Assembly: GCF_006345805.1 (NCBI RefSeq)
Contig: NC_043008.1
Location: forward strand, 35,278,001 to 35,342,000
Direction: 5' to 3'
Source: Octopus sinensis
Taxonomy: Eukaryota
Length of the DNA stretch: 64,000 nucleotides
Made by a program: the position numbers and the translations under genes. Shown piece by piece: positions 1-11,323 of this stretch (positions are counted from its first letter, which is position 1; every line of letters begins with the position of its first letter). Under the pieces are notes generated by a model, which was not told the origin of the DNA, did no database searches, and was given only the letters and a program-made list of their open reading frames with translations.

Positions 1-708
1 TGCTCAAGTTTTGTCAATATTCGAGCCCTTATCTCTGCATCTTTACTTGCCGTTAATCCTTGTATGAAGATTAAACATTTAAACATGTCCGGGCTTAATT
101 CGTGTTTAAATTTTTCACATTCCCTATTTACGATTCCGGCATCCGTGACGATATCTTCCGCTTCTTTTATTTTTCAAATTCAAACACTCCCAGCGAATAT
201 TGAATAGTGAACTTCTTTCACTGAATATTTTAGATAATAGCTTAATTGGTTCCTCGAAATAAATTTTGTATGGTTTTCTCAGCAAGATGTAATTACAAAA
301 CTTTTCATGTTCTGCAGGTGATAATTTACTTAAAAGAAGACGTACCTTCTTTTCGACAGTCCAACTTTTACACTCTTCCTTGAAGATTCCGTCATACCTT
401 CTGAAGTATGCAGAAAACGTAACCCTTTCTTTCGGATTATACGTAAATTCTTCAACTGAATTAGCAGCTGCGTCTACCGAAAACGAACCTGAAGGGATTT
501 TTTACTGCAGCAACAATTCCAACAACTGTTGATTTTCTTATTGTAGTTGCTATTGTTGTTGCTGTTGTTGTAGTTGTACCTGATCTTGCTGTTTCTGTTG
601 TTCTTGTTGTTGCTATTGTAGTTACCGTTGCAACTGGTGCTGCTACTGCTCTTGCTGTTGTTGTAGTTGCTGTTGCAACTGAACAACGGAAGCTAATAGT
701 TCTTCCAT
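1..708 (-). pseudogene. gag: Decayed Ty3/Gypsy (Mag-like) gag, running off the left edge of the window
   Basis: Manual translation from ATG at 708: MEELLASVVQLQQQ (Gln-rich, 6 in-frame stops), then SVEEFTYNPKERVTFSAYFRRYDGIFKEECKSWTVEKKVRLLLSKLSPAEHEKFCNYIL...SLFNIRWECL, a +1 frameshift near 165-172, then GIVNRECEKF...DMFKCLIFIQGL...DAEIRARILTKLE. This matches the motif pattern of Mag-clade gag proteins as I know it. Confidence 0.85.
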
Positions 709-758
709 ACTAAGAACGTCCACCGTGAGCTTCGAATGTATCGTCGCTACTGTTCTGT

Positions 759-966
759 CTCGTCGACACTGTTATGTTCTTTATGGACTTATAACAAGGT
801 TATAACAATACATATATAAATCAGAAATAACACGTAACAAACAATATCTCTTCCTTTTGACTTCTACGACTGTCTTCGCGAAGCGCTTGCGCTTATCCCA
901 CTGTTCCTCACTGACAGTGCGCACGCGCCTTCGTACAGTTTAGGACAGTTGACTGGCCATCCTACA
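759..966 (-). mobile_element. Putative 5' LTR (about 770-966) and primer-binding site (759-768) of the Gypsy element
   Basis: Minus strand reads TGTAGG (966) ... CATAACA (770), then G, then TGTCGACGAG, one mismatch from the TGGCGACGAG PBS of Mag-type elements. It lies about 50 nt upstream of the gag ATG. The outer LTR end is less certain. Confidence 0.6.
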
Positions 967-1947
967 GGTGTGTCAGGATTTCGACACAGCACAAGGATAA
1001 AAAGCTTATAGATTAATAATTATTGTAAATATAAGAAGAAATAGAAACAAGTGAATACCCACGTACACACACTGCTAAAGGCTCTCAATGTATTAGGTGC
1101 CGGTGCAACATGTGACACCTTGGTTGGCTTTAGCGGAGTGCACTCCATTACAAGCATTTGATAAAATTCTCTACTTTGAGGATAATTTCTTCCCTTCTTC
1201 ACCCCTTCTCACCAGTCTCTGATGCCCTGAAAAATTTCATCTGGCGCTGCCATTACCAGCCGACTGGAAGATCATATATGCGCATGTGTACGTGTGTATA
1301 TGTATATAAATATGTTGTATCTTTTCTTTGAAATCAGGTTATGTTTTTTCTAGAGAAAGTTCAAGCCGTTGGCTAACAAAGCAAGACTTCTTGAGTTAAG
1401 AGAGTTCTCGATGTTTGTAAATTTGTGGCCGAGTTTGTTTGTTTGTTGAACTGTCGATGCCTACACTCGTGTGTGTGCATCTTTTCACATAAGAATCTCA
1501 CATGGAAAATTTTTGGAATGTATTACAAATTATCACTGTGACACCAATAGACTGAATTTGGAGAATCCGCGTGAGTTTCTTTTGCATTTTCTCCGCGAAA
1601 CCGAATATTTCTAGGATGTTGTGCAAATTGGTAGTTACATAACCTAATACCCGTATGATGATAAGTACAAATGAGAATACATAGTCAGGGTACAAAAGCT
1701 GTAAGTTCCGCATTAATTCGCCATAAATGTATGTATGTATGTATGCATGTATGTATGTATTTATGTATGTATGTATGCATGTATGTATGCATGTATTCAT
1801 GTATGTGTATATATGTATGTATGTACGTACGTATGTATATATATATGTATGCGTGTATGTATGTGTGCATATGTGTGTTGTTGTTTGTGTATACGAAACG
1901 TTTCTTTCAGTTTCCATAAACCATCTGTTTTCTCTCCTCACTCATAT

Positions 1948-1980
1948 CTGTAGAAGAACGTAGGCTCGAAACGTCAAAGA
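1948..1980 (+). ncRNA. Degenerate minimal hammerhead-like motif in a Penelope-like pLTR fragment (about 1920-2050)
   Basis: CTGTAGA-A-GAAC-GTAG-GCTC-GAAAC-GTC. Homologous to copies at 19630 and 24705. Stems I and II are mismatched. Confidence 0.45.
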
Positions 1981-2146
1981 TGTCTTCCATTTTTCCCGGG
2001 TGTCAAAGTAATATATCGTTTTTTGTTCTGTCATCTGTCTCTGTCTTTTTTTTTTCGCCTTTCTCATTATGTTGAAGTATATATAAGTTGTCCATACATA
2101 CATAATACACACACACACACATATATATATATATATGTGCATATAC

Positions 2147-2893
2147 ACAAGTAATATTCGTAGCCACTTCAGCATGGCTGTCCATTCGAACGGACTTTGC
2201 TGCGAAATTTTTACCCTCTTAGGACATTTCCTCTAGCTGGTTAACGATGCAGAACAGCATCCGATAAACTGCGAGTAGGGGACCGAACACCTACCACCTT
2301 CTGGCTAGGGGTCCAGTAGACCAGTCCTGGTTTCGGGATATTTCTGCCACTCTTCGTTACTGGACACCTCGTCTGCTAGAGAGGGCAGTAGCTCACCAAC
2401 GCTCGCAATATATAAATTTCAAGAGAACACGGGCAGTCATGTTGAAGTAGCTACGAATATTACTTGTCAGTACAACTGCTGCGTTGATCTCTTAGATTTT
2501 AGAACTAGCATTTTTGCTAGTTGCAAAATCAGCGACTGTGTGTTCGCTTGAAATTTATATATCGCGAGCAGAAGGCAGTTATTGTCATCTCTAACAGACG
2601 AAGTGTCCAGTACCAAAGGGTGGCAGAAATAACCCGAAACCAGGAATGGTTTACTGATCCCGTTGTTAGAAGTTGACAGGGGCTCGCTCCCCTGCTAGCA
2701 ATTCATCGAATGCAGCTCTGCATCGTTAACCAGCTAAAAAGAAGTCCTCTTGGGGTTAAAACAGCGCAGTAGAATCTGTTCGAACGGACAGCCATGTTAG
2801 AGTGGCTACGAATATTATTTGTCAGTACAGCTACTGCATTGAACTCTTAGAGCGATTTTAGAACTAGCGTTTTTACTTGTTACAAAATCAGCG

Positions 2894-2900
<7 letters not shown>
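2147..2900. mobile_element. Composite inverted plus tandem repeat element with Penelope-like pLTR architecture
   Basis: 2147-2425 is a diverged inverted copy of 2546-2822. About 2440-2545 is a direct repeat of about 2793-2900. Each long arm contains a hammerhead-like junction. Confidence 0.65.
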
Positions 2901-2950
<50 letters not shown>

Positions 2951-3402
2951 TATTCTTATACAAGGAAGTTGTTGATAGTGACTTCGAATCTCTGATGATC
3001 TAAACCATCGTCGGAGCCTGCGTTGTACCTTTGATATTTGCTTTGACAGAGAAAAGGGATTAAATCCAATAATACCAAAACCCAACAAAAATCCCGTCTC
3101 TCTTGTGCCTACCTAACAAATGAGCGATTCCTACAGGCTTATTCACAAAGTTCTGTCTGAATAAATAAATCCTAAACAGTAACATAACCCCAAATTTAAT
3201 CAATAATTTTTTCTTCAGAACACCTTTCTATAAAAACCAACTATAAAACCTAATCCCCACCCAACACACCCGAAAATGATTTTAACTCAAAGAGTTTATG
3301 TAAAGGCAAGTCTAACTCTAATGCACTGCAGTCCAACGATGGCTTAGCTGAAACTTCACTCTCAATAGTATTTTTGTGTAAGAATAATAACTGTGTATTC
3401 AC

Positions 3403-3464
3403 TGGCGGTGCTACAGCATCGCCACAGCCCTTGGGATGAAACTTATAATAGAATAAAAGAATAC
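3403..3464 (+). mobile_element. Isolated CR1/SINE-type 3' tail
   Basis: GGCGGTGC...GCCA-CAGCC-CTTG-GGATG-AAAC...AGAATAAAAG, the same layout as the other SINE and CR1 3' ends in this window. Confidence 0.5.
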
Positions 3465-4698
3465 AAAAATATAGAATGACCTATCAGATTCGTGCAGGCG
3501 AATGATTATAGCGCTGTATGAACTTTCGGTCATACTGCTTCGCCAGAGATAAATAATATAGAAATTAGTAGGTGTCTTTAATATAGCTTTCGGCATCCTT
3601 TGAATACATCGTATAATGAGATCTTGTCTTAGGTATTGTTATCAGTCGTTTAATTGTATGTCCTCTTCATATTATGGTCGAATAGATATAGCAGCCTGAT
3701 TATACTCTCAACAGTGTATTCTTCTATACTCGTAAAACGTTGCTATTTCTGTCATTGGTGTATTACTTTTGGTATAGAACTCCATCGCTCATTTTACGAC
3801 TCTGTTTCTGCATTCTGTGATGGTTCCATCAGCTTTTTAATGCTTTTAGTTTGGTTCTCCTTTCTGTATTTTCTTTTTAGCAGGTTTAAATAATTTCTTT
3901 GGATTATCGTCTCAAATATGCTCATGCCCCCCCTACCATTTTCCCCTCATGTTGTCTCTCATTGCTTTCTACTTACATGTTTATACAGTTTGTTTTTCTG
4001 ATTTTTATCTCGACTTTCATTGGGTATATTTTCAGCTTTCTGTTTTATTCTTCTCTTCATTAGATATAGGGTTTCTTGAGAGAATTTGTTGTTGTCTTTA
4101 GCCTTGAAAGACGTGTTAGTAAACGAACACGTAATCCTAGAGATATTTTATGTCTCGGAAACATGGGACCTAACAAAAGACATAACAAGCAAACGGTATG
4201 TTACGAACATCAAAATACCATCACAGATGCAATCTGCGTAGGATAATTTGGAAGGACATGAAAAAAAAAAAGCAAAATGCATTCCGAAATAAGGAACGTC
4301 AAATAACATTGTCGTAAAATTATTGTAAAGTAATTGCTTTGGATGCATTGAGATAGTAAATGTACCCAGACGAAAAAGCTTCCATCTGAGGGAACGCATA
4401 TTATAGTAATGATAATTATCAGTACACGGGGCTAAAGTAGGAGAGATTTGCACAAGGTTCAACGCAGTAGGCTGAATTCGCATGTATGTATGTGTGTGTA
4501 TGTATGTATGTATGTATGTATGTATGTATGTATGTATGTATGCATGTATGTATGTGTGTATGTATGTACACATGTTTCTGCGTATGTGGGCGTGTGTGTG
4601 CATCTTTGTGTTTCTGCCTGTCTTCATCACTGCTAGGACAACCAGAGTTAGTTTGTTTACGTTCCTGTAATTTAACGATTCGGTATAAAAAAAAACCG

Positions 4699-4887
4699 AT
4701 ACTCTTTTACTCTTTTACTTGTTTCAGTCATTTGACTATAGCCATGCTGGAGCAACGCCTTTAGTCGAAAACATCGACCCCAAGACTTATTCTTTGTAAG
4801 CCAAGTACTTATTCTATCGGGTCTTTTGCCGAACCGCTAAGTTACGGGGACGTAAACACACCAGCATCGGTTGTCAAACGATGTTGG
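4699..4887 (-). mobile_element. tRNA-derived SINE family A, 3' half
   Basis: Reverse complement of 5700-5892. Ends in a stem-loop and an (AGTAAAAG)n tail. Confidence 0.85.
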
Positions 4888-4889
4888 TA

Positions 4890-4993
4890 CCAGATATTAA
4901 AAAATAAATCCTGGGGTAAATGCATTCGAAAAAAGATCTTTCAAGGCGGTGCCCCAGCATGGCCGCAGTCTAATGATTGAAACAAGTAAAAGA
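4890..4993 (+). mobile_element. SINE family A-related 3' end
   Basis: AAGGCGGTGCCCCAGCATGGCCGCAGTCTAATGATTGAAACAAGTAAAAGA tail. Confidence 0.75.
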
Positions 4994-5111
4994 CACAAAC
5001 TATCCATAGAGATTACGAGGAAAAGTATAGCCAAACAATTTGACGTGAACCAACCGCACGTACAAATAGCATTTCAAATCGTGCTTTTTGATTTTCAATT
5101 CTGTTTACATT

Positions 5112-5287
5112 GGCGTAGGAGTGGCTTTGTGGTAAGTAGCTTGCTTACGAATCACATGGTTCCGGGTTCAGTCCCACAGCGTGATACCTTGGGCAAGTGT
5201 CTTCTACTATAGCCTTGTGTATATATTGGTAGACGGAAACTGAAAGAAGCTCGTCGTATATATATATATATTATATATATATATATC

Positions 5288-5323
<36 letters not shown>

Positions 5324-5554
5324 TCATTATTACCCACACAGGGGCTAAACATAGAGGGGACAAACAAGGACAGACAAAGGGATTAAGTCGATTATATCGA
5401 CCCCAGTGCGTAACTGGTACTTAATTTATCGACCCCGAAAGGATGAAAAGCAAAGTCGACCTCGGCGGAATTTGAACTCAGAACGTAGCGGCAGACGAAA
5501 TACGGCTACGCATTTCGTCCGGCGTGCTAACGGTTCTGCCAGCTCGCCGCCATA

Positions 5555-5633
<79 letters not shown>

Positions 5634-5892
5634 TGTGTGTCTGTGTGTGTGTGTGTATGTATGTGTGTATATGTTTGTGTGTATGTGTTCGTCCCCACAA
5701 CATCGCTTGACAACCGATGCTGGTGTGATTACGTCTCCGTAACTTAGCGTTTCTGCAAAAAGATACCGATAGAATAAGTACTAGGCTTACAAAGAATAAG
5801 TTCTGGAATCGATTTGCTCGACTAAAGGCGGTGCTGAAGCGTGGCCACAGTCACATGACCGAAACAAGTAAAAGAGTAAAAGAGTAAAAGAG
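5112..5892 (+). mobile_element. tRNA-derived SINE family A, interrupted by a nested SINE and microsatellites
   Basis: Head GGCGTAGGAGTGGCTTTGTGGTAAG with B-box-like GGTTCAGTCCC. Body resumes at about 5685. Tail (AGTAAAAG)3. Homologous to 28158-28545. Confidence 0.85.
5325..5551 (-). mobile_element. tRNA-derived SINE family B nested in the internal TA/TG tract of SINE A
   Basis: Minus strand GGCGGCGAGCTGGCAGAA...GAGTTCAAATTCC (A-box and B-box-like). Closely similar copy at 40036-40258. Confidence 0.85.
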
Positions 5893-6851
5893 ATACGTGC
5901 CATTAAGGATAAAAGAAAAGAAAAAAGAAAACTTATGAAGTCGATAGAAATAACTAACATTCGATTTTGCATAAACTTTGCGCACCACGAAAAAACTTTC
6001 CACTCTGTAGAAATAACAGCAGTGACGGCAGCCATCACACATAAGTGTGGTGAATCAGTAGTGTACCTTAACATCTTAAAACGTATTTATCACTATGCTT
6101 CGTCTTTCATCAGACTACACCAAGATCAAACAAATTTCCACTCAAAGGGAAAATTTTTCCCTCCCCTTTTAAAGCTTGTTTTAAGATCTACACTAGAAGG
6201 AAGACGAAATAAGTATTCAACTCTACAGTGAATGTCTCATATATCTTTGATATGCAGACGACACATTTCTCGTGTCAGGAGGCCGGATTCAAATTCAGAC
6301 GATCTTAAAACAACTGAATACAGAAGACACGATAATAGAGATTACGAATGAATATGATAGGGAAAAAATGAGATAGTGCTCAACAAACCGGTAGATAAAG
6401 TTCTTAATATCAGAGTTGACAAAACAACTCTGTGAAAGATATACATAAATATCTCACGGTTTGCCGTCACAAGAGTGTTTTAATTTTAACCTTAATATAC
6501 ACGAGACATGAGTATATTTCTTTACCCACTTCAAAACCTTAGGATTACGCCCGTTTTATCTACATGTGATAATAATTTCAGTGTGGAATAAAATTATGTT
6601 AGCATGTTAGTACGAATATATATATGCCTTGGATTATAAAATACAACTGTATATTCACAAATCGATGCAAATAAAGAAAAATCACCAGAACATCTAGGTT
6701 ACACCGACGATTCAACTCATTATATGAGTGTTTGTGTACGCGTGTGTGGTGTGTGTGTGTGTGTACAGACACGTATATATGTATATATTATATATACACA
6801 CAAACACACACAAGCTCACACACATACACACATACATACATATACATAGAC

Positions 6852-6893
<42 letters not shown>

Positions 6894-7028
6894 TACTTTT
6901 TTTTGCTGAACCCTAATTATATAAAGTAATGTTTAAATTTACCGTAAATGGTTCTTTTACATACTGAACACTGCTTGGTAAAATATTAATTACTAATTAA
7001 TTAATTAATTTTACCCTTATTATTATTG

Positions 7029-7097
<69 letters not shown>

Positions 7098-7120
7098 CAT
7101 AGTATATACGTATACACATA

Positions 7121-8250
7121 CAGCTTGGGGCTAAATTTGGCGATTTTCTACATCTTTTTTGAGAACAGTAGTTGTATTGGGGAACAGTCAGCGGCATTGG
7201 CGAGCATAAACATCAAAGTTTTAGTTGAGAAAAAGTTAGGTGACGTGGAGGACTGGAAGCCATCTGAATATTGATAAAGAATTACCTGTATTATGATGAT
7301 TTGCGTCATGATGTCAAAGTGCTGACATCATGACTGCTGCTCAATGCTCTGTGAACGCTGTAAAGGCTGTTAGATGTGACATGGACGGCTGCTGCAGACA
7401 TTACTAAACTATGGCCAGCAGAAAGGGACACAGCAGGCGTTCCGACGGCGTCTGCACGCCGGACTTCACGCAGCAACTGATGAACAGGTCCTTAGTCTCA
7501 GTTCAGACCGTTATGTGAAGTTGTGATTAAACAGTGTGGAGAGGACTGCTGCTGGATGGCCATATGAGGGGAATCAGGATTCAGCCCTTTGCCATACATT
7601 TGGAAATAGTTAGAAGTAATTATAACTTATACAACCCCAATTTCTAGTCTCCTAATTCCCCTGATTGTGATCCCATTGATCACTCTGTGTGAGGCCTGCT
7701 GTAGAAAACACCAACCACTGTACCTGCAACACCAAAGCCGAGTTGGTAGCCAACATCAAAGGGATTGCTTGAAGATCTTCCTAGGGACTCAGCGAGGAAC
7801 GCAGGTGCCGGATTTTGAGCTGTCTGGAGGTCGCGTTGGAAGCTGAGAACGGCTACTTTGAGGAAAGTGCTATCACCCAGCCACAGTCTGGTTCATAATT
7901 TTTGATTTTTTATAATACTTATATTTTGGCGTGTGTTATACATACATGCATACAAACATACATACATACATATACACACATACATACATACTCTCACACA
8001 GACACAAGCATACATACACACACACACACGCACGCACACACACACACACACACACACACATATTGGTGGTTATGAATCTATGACGTATCTGGTATATTGA
8101 TAGATAACTGAGTAGCAGGGATGTGGTGCGCCTTGCAGACAACAGGAAACAACCAGACACAACCATATAAATTCCTCTCAATTTTTACCATATCAAAAGA
8201 ATGTTTGAAATAAACAATTAATTTTGTCGAACGCCAAAGAGCACCACATT
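7121..8250 (+). mobile_element. Tc1/mariner DD37D (maT-like) element, internally deleted; transposase remnant 7245-7864
   Basis: Remnants IMTAAQCSVNAVKAVR..., RKGHSRRSDGV.TPDF, QDSALCHT, SPNSPDCDPIDHSV*G, CNTKAELVANIK, LEDLPRD, LEAENGYFEE. Left end TA|CAG at 7119-7123. The right end is uncertain. Confidence 0.75.
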
Positions 8251-10585
8251 AAATATAAGAAAGTATCGCTGGAATTGATTAATTTTATGTTTGCGGTGGT
8301 GGTGGTGTTGGCTGGGGAGGGGGAACAATTTATTTATTCAATTACAGAATTACTCCAATTATTCTAACAATATCATATGGCTACTTTCGTACATTCTGCG
8401 AGATTTTTGTAAAGAAGTTATTAATGTTGGTTATAAAGGAAGAATTATTGAGGATTCGAAACAATATATTACGTGTAGTTGACTTGTGGACACCGTTGAA
8501 ATGAGAGGCAAATCTGGAATCTGCCTGATTCGAGCGGAGAACTATGTAAGTTAAATATATATAAAAAAAAGTGAGAGAGAAAACAGAAAAACGAATATTA
8601 TCAACTCCGTACATATCGTTCAAGCTTTAGCATTATTTTTGGTCACAATTAACTGATGTTGCTGCCAAAGGCATTTCATCTACAAGCCAATTACCTCGGC
8701 TTTCCCATAATAAGGACTTATGTTACCAATACCTCTTGTGGTCACCTGTCTTAAACCATAAATTAGCTGGAACGAACGATTTCTCAGACGTGTTGGATGT
8801 CAGTTTTCTTGAAACTGGTATCACTAATTTGAATCCTCTGCAACTTTCGTTCACTTTGAATTATGCTATCCAAAAATGTGTCAGCACTTTATTTATGATA
8901 TGTAACTCTGTAGAATACAAGTGCTGTTCTGTAGAAAATGAAGTAAGTCACTAAATACGATAGCAAATACTTCTCTGTTGAATCACGCTTCACAGTTTAT
9001 TTTGATAATACACGTTTGATGGTCATGTCTTTTTTTTCTTCTTTTTATTAATGCAGTCATTGTACTCTTGTTATACTGAAATGCCGCATTCAGAGGGTTT
9101 TTTTCTGCTATTTATTTCACTTATTTCGTAATATATGTATTGCCAAGTAAACACTGATAAGAAGGACAAAGTACTTTGTATATTTCTTCTCATATTCTCT
9201 GCCTGCCTGTCTCTCTTTTGAAATCGTATTTGTACCTAACCAAAGTAAAATCCATTGTGTTCCTCTCTCTGTACCAGTGTTGTTGTTCTCATCATCGTCG
9301 TTTAGCCTCAGATCAACTCTGTGTGAGCCGAGCTATGATGGCAGGCATCACGGGCAACACAATGTTTTATTAGGAGTATGCAATATTTCCATTAGCTAAT
9401 GTATACATTCTTCCTCTCAGAGTGAAAGGAATGATTTGAGGGAGATGTGGCTGTTATTTCTAAATAGTCGAGGTATCCTCCTTGAATTGTTTAGAGCAGC
9501 TGTTAGGATATATAACTTTTTGCTCCATCTAATAACTACACTGTCGGTCCATCAGATGGCGAGTGATGCAAAGACTAAACAGAATCATACAAAATGCAGT
9601 ATTTAGGTCTTCTGTCCGACAAAATGTTTCCAATATTACGAAGGTCGATTTTTGCCTTTGATTCCCCCGCTGTCGATAACATAATGATAGATTAAAGCTA
9701 AACGTGAAGAGATAATAATCAGTTAAACGGTTTATTCACAATGGAGAGAAGAGATTAAGCAGAGTTATATGCCTGATCGTTGTGCAAGATAAATGTGCAC
9801 AACCCATCGATTAAGAAATCATACAGGCAATACATATGGTAAAACAAAGAAAATAAAAAAAATTACCATATGAACTAATAATTATTTGTGAATAAATGGG
9901 TAAAGAGAGAAGGCCGCAATGAAAACTAAGAAAAACAACCATACGATAAAACACTAAATACATTAATGATGACAAGAACTAAATGTGAGAAACAAATTAA
10001 TAGGAATTAATATATTATCAGTAGCAGTAATAAGATATCGCTTAAATATATTAAGTTTGGAATATATCAAAGAATTGATAAGATCAGCCAGAAATAAAAG
10101 ATACTAATGGCGACATTTCGAAACTAACAAATATGGACGTAAGTGTATAAGGTTACAATTACTGGGACCACGCGTGACTTTGAATTATTACAATTAGGAC
10201 ATTTAGGAAAATAGCATCTATAACATGCCATATATATAATTATGTTTATGTATGTGTGTGTATGTATCTGTTAGATATGTAGATACATATATACATATAT
10301 ACATCTAGAATATATACATATTCATATATACATGTATACATGCACACACATACACACACACACACACACCACACACACACACACATATATATAATATATA
10401 TATATATATATAATATATATATTATATATATATATATATATACACATACATACATACGTATATACATACGCACATATAAACAGCCATGCGCAATTTGTTA
10501 CCAAAATGAAAACTATAGATGTCACAAAATACGACTAAGAGTGCTAGAACATCTACATTGCTAGAAATAAGAGCTAAAACTAAAA

Positions 10586-10788
10586 GTTCGTTTCTATGAT
10601 TTTGTTTTCATGTTTTCGTTTCTCATTGTGTTCAACGTTTTTTAAGGTCCCGTACCCATATATGCATGTATATATATATATACATATATATATATATGTA
10701 GGTATGTACATATATGTATGTATATATGAATATATTTATATATTATTTATATTATTATATGATCGAACGCCACGTATCCTTTTCTAAG

Positions 10789-10790
<2 letters not shown>
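10586..10790 (+). repeat. Fragment of the repeat family also at 22568-23420, in permuted order
   Basis: 10586-10740 matches about 23248-23400. 10690-10790 matches about 22568-22660 (TATATGATCGAACGCCACG.ATCCTTTTC.AAGT). Confidence 0.7.
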
Positions 10791-10826
<36 letters not shown>

Positions 10827-10856
10827 CACGCATACGGAGAAAACATACTTTTTTCT

Positions 10857-11215
10857 GTCGAGGGCTTATATGCCCCATTATTTAGGCTATTTTCGTTAGT
10901 CATTGCGCTGTGATCGCTATAAGCTTTAAGCATATAAAATACTATTTTATAAGCTTATATTATTTACAGAATCGTAAAAATCGACACGACCTAACAAAAC
11001 CATCGCAGTGAAAGCACATGAAAGTTTTTTTTACAAAAACAACTACGAACTAATTTATAGTTCTTAAATCTGGCAGAAAAAACGAGGTTAGTTCGCCGGT
11101 GTAATCGGTAGCAGACTTGGTCGAGGGCTTATATACTCCATTATTTAGATTATTTTCTTTACTCATTGCACCGTGATCAGTATAAGCTTTAAGCCTATAA
11201 AATTCTATTATATAT
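10857..11215 (+). repeat. Diverged direct repeat pair of about 95 bp (10857-10955, 11119-11215)
   Basis: Both begin GTCGAGGGCTTATAT..CCATTATTTAG and end ATAAGCTTTAAGC.TATAAAAT.CTATT. Confidence 0.75.
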
Positions 11216-11253
11216 ATAAATAACACAAGGATACACACACACACACACACAAA

Positions 11254-11317
<64 letters not shown>

Positions 11318-11323
11318 TATATA

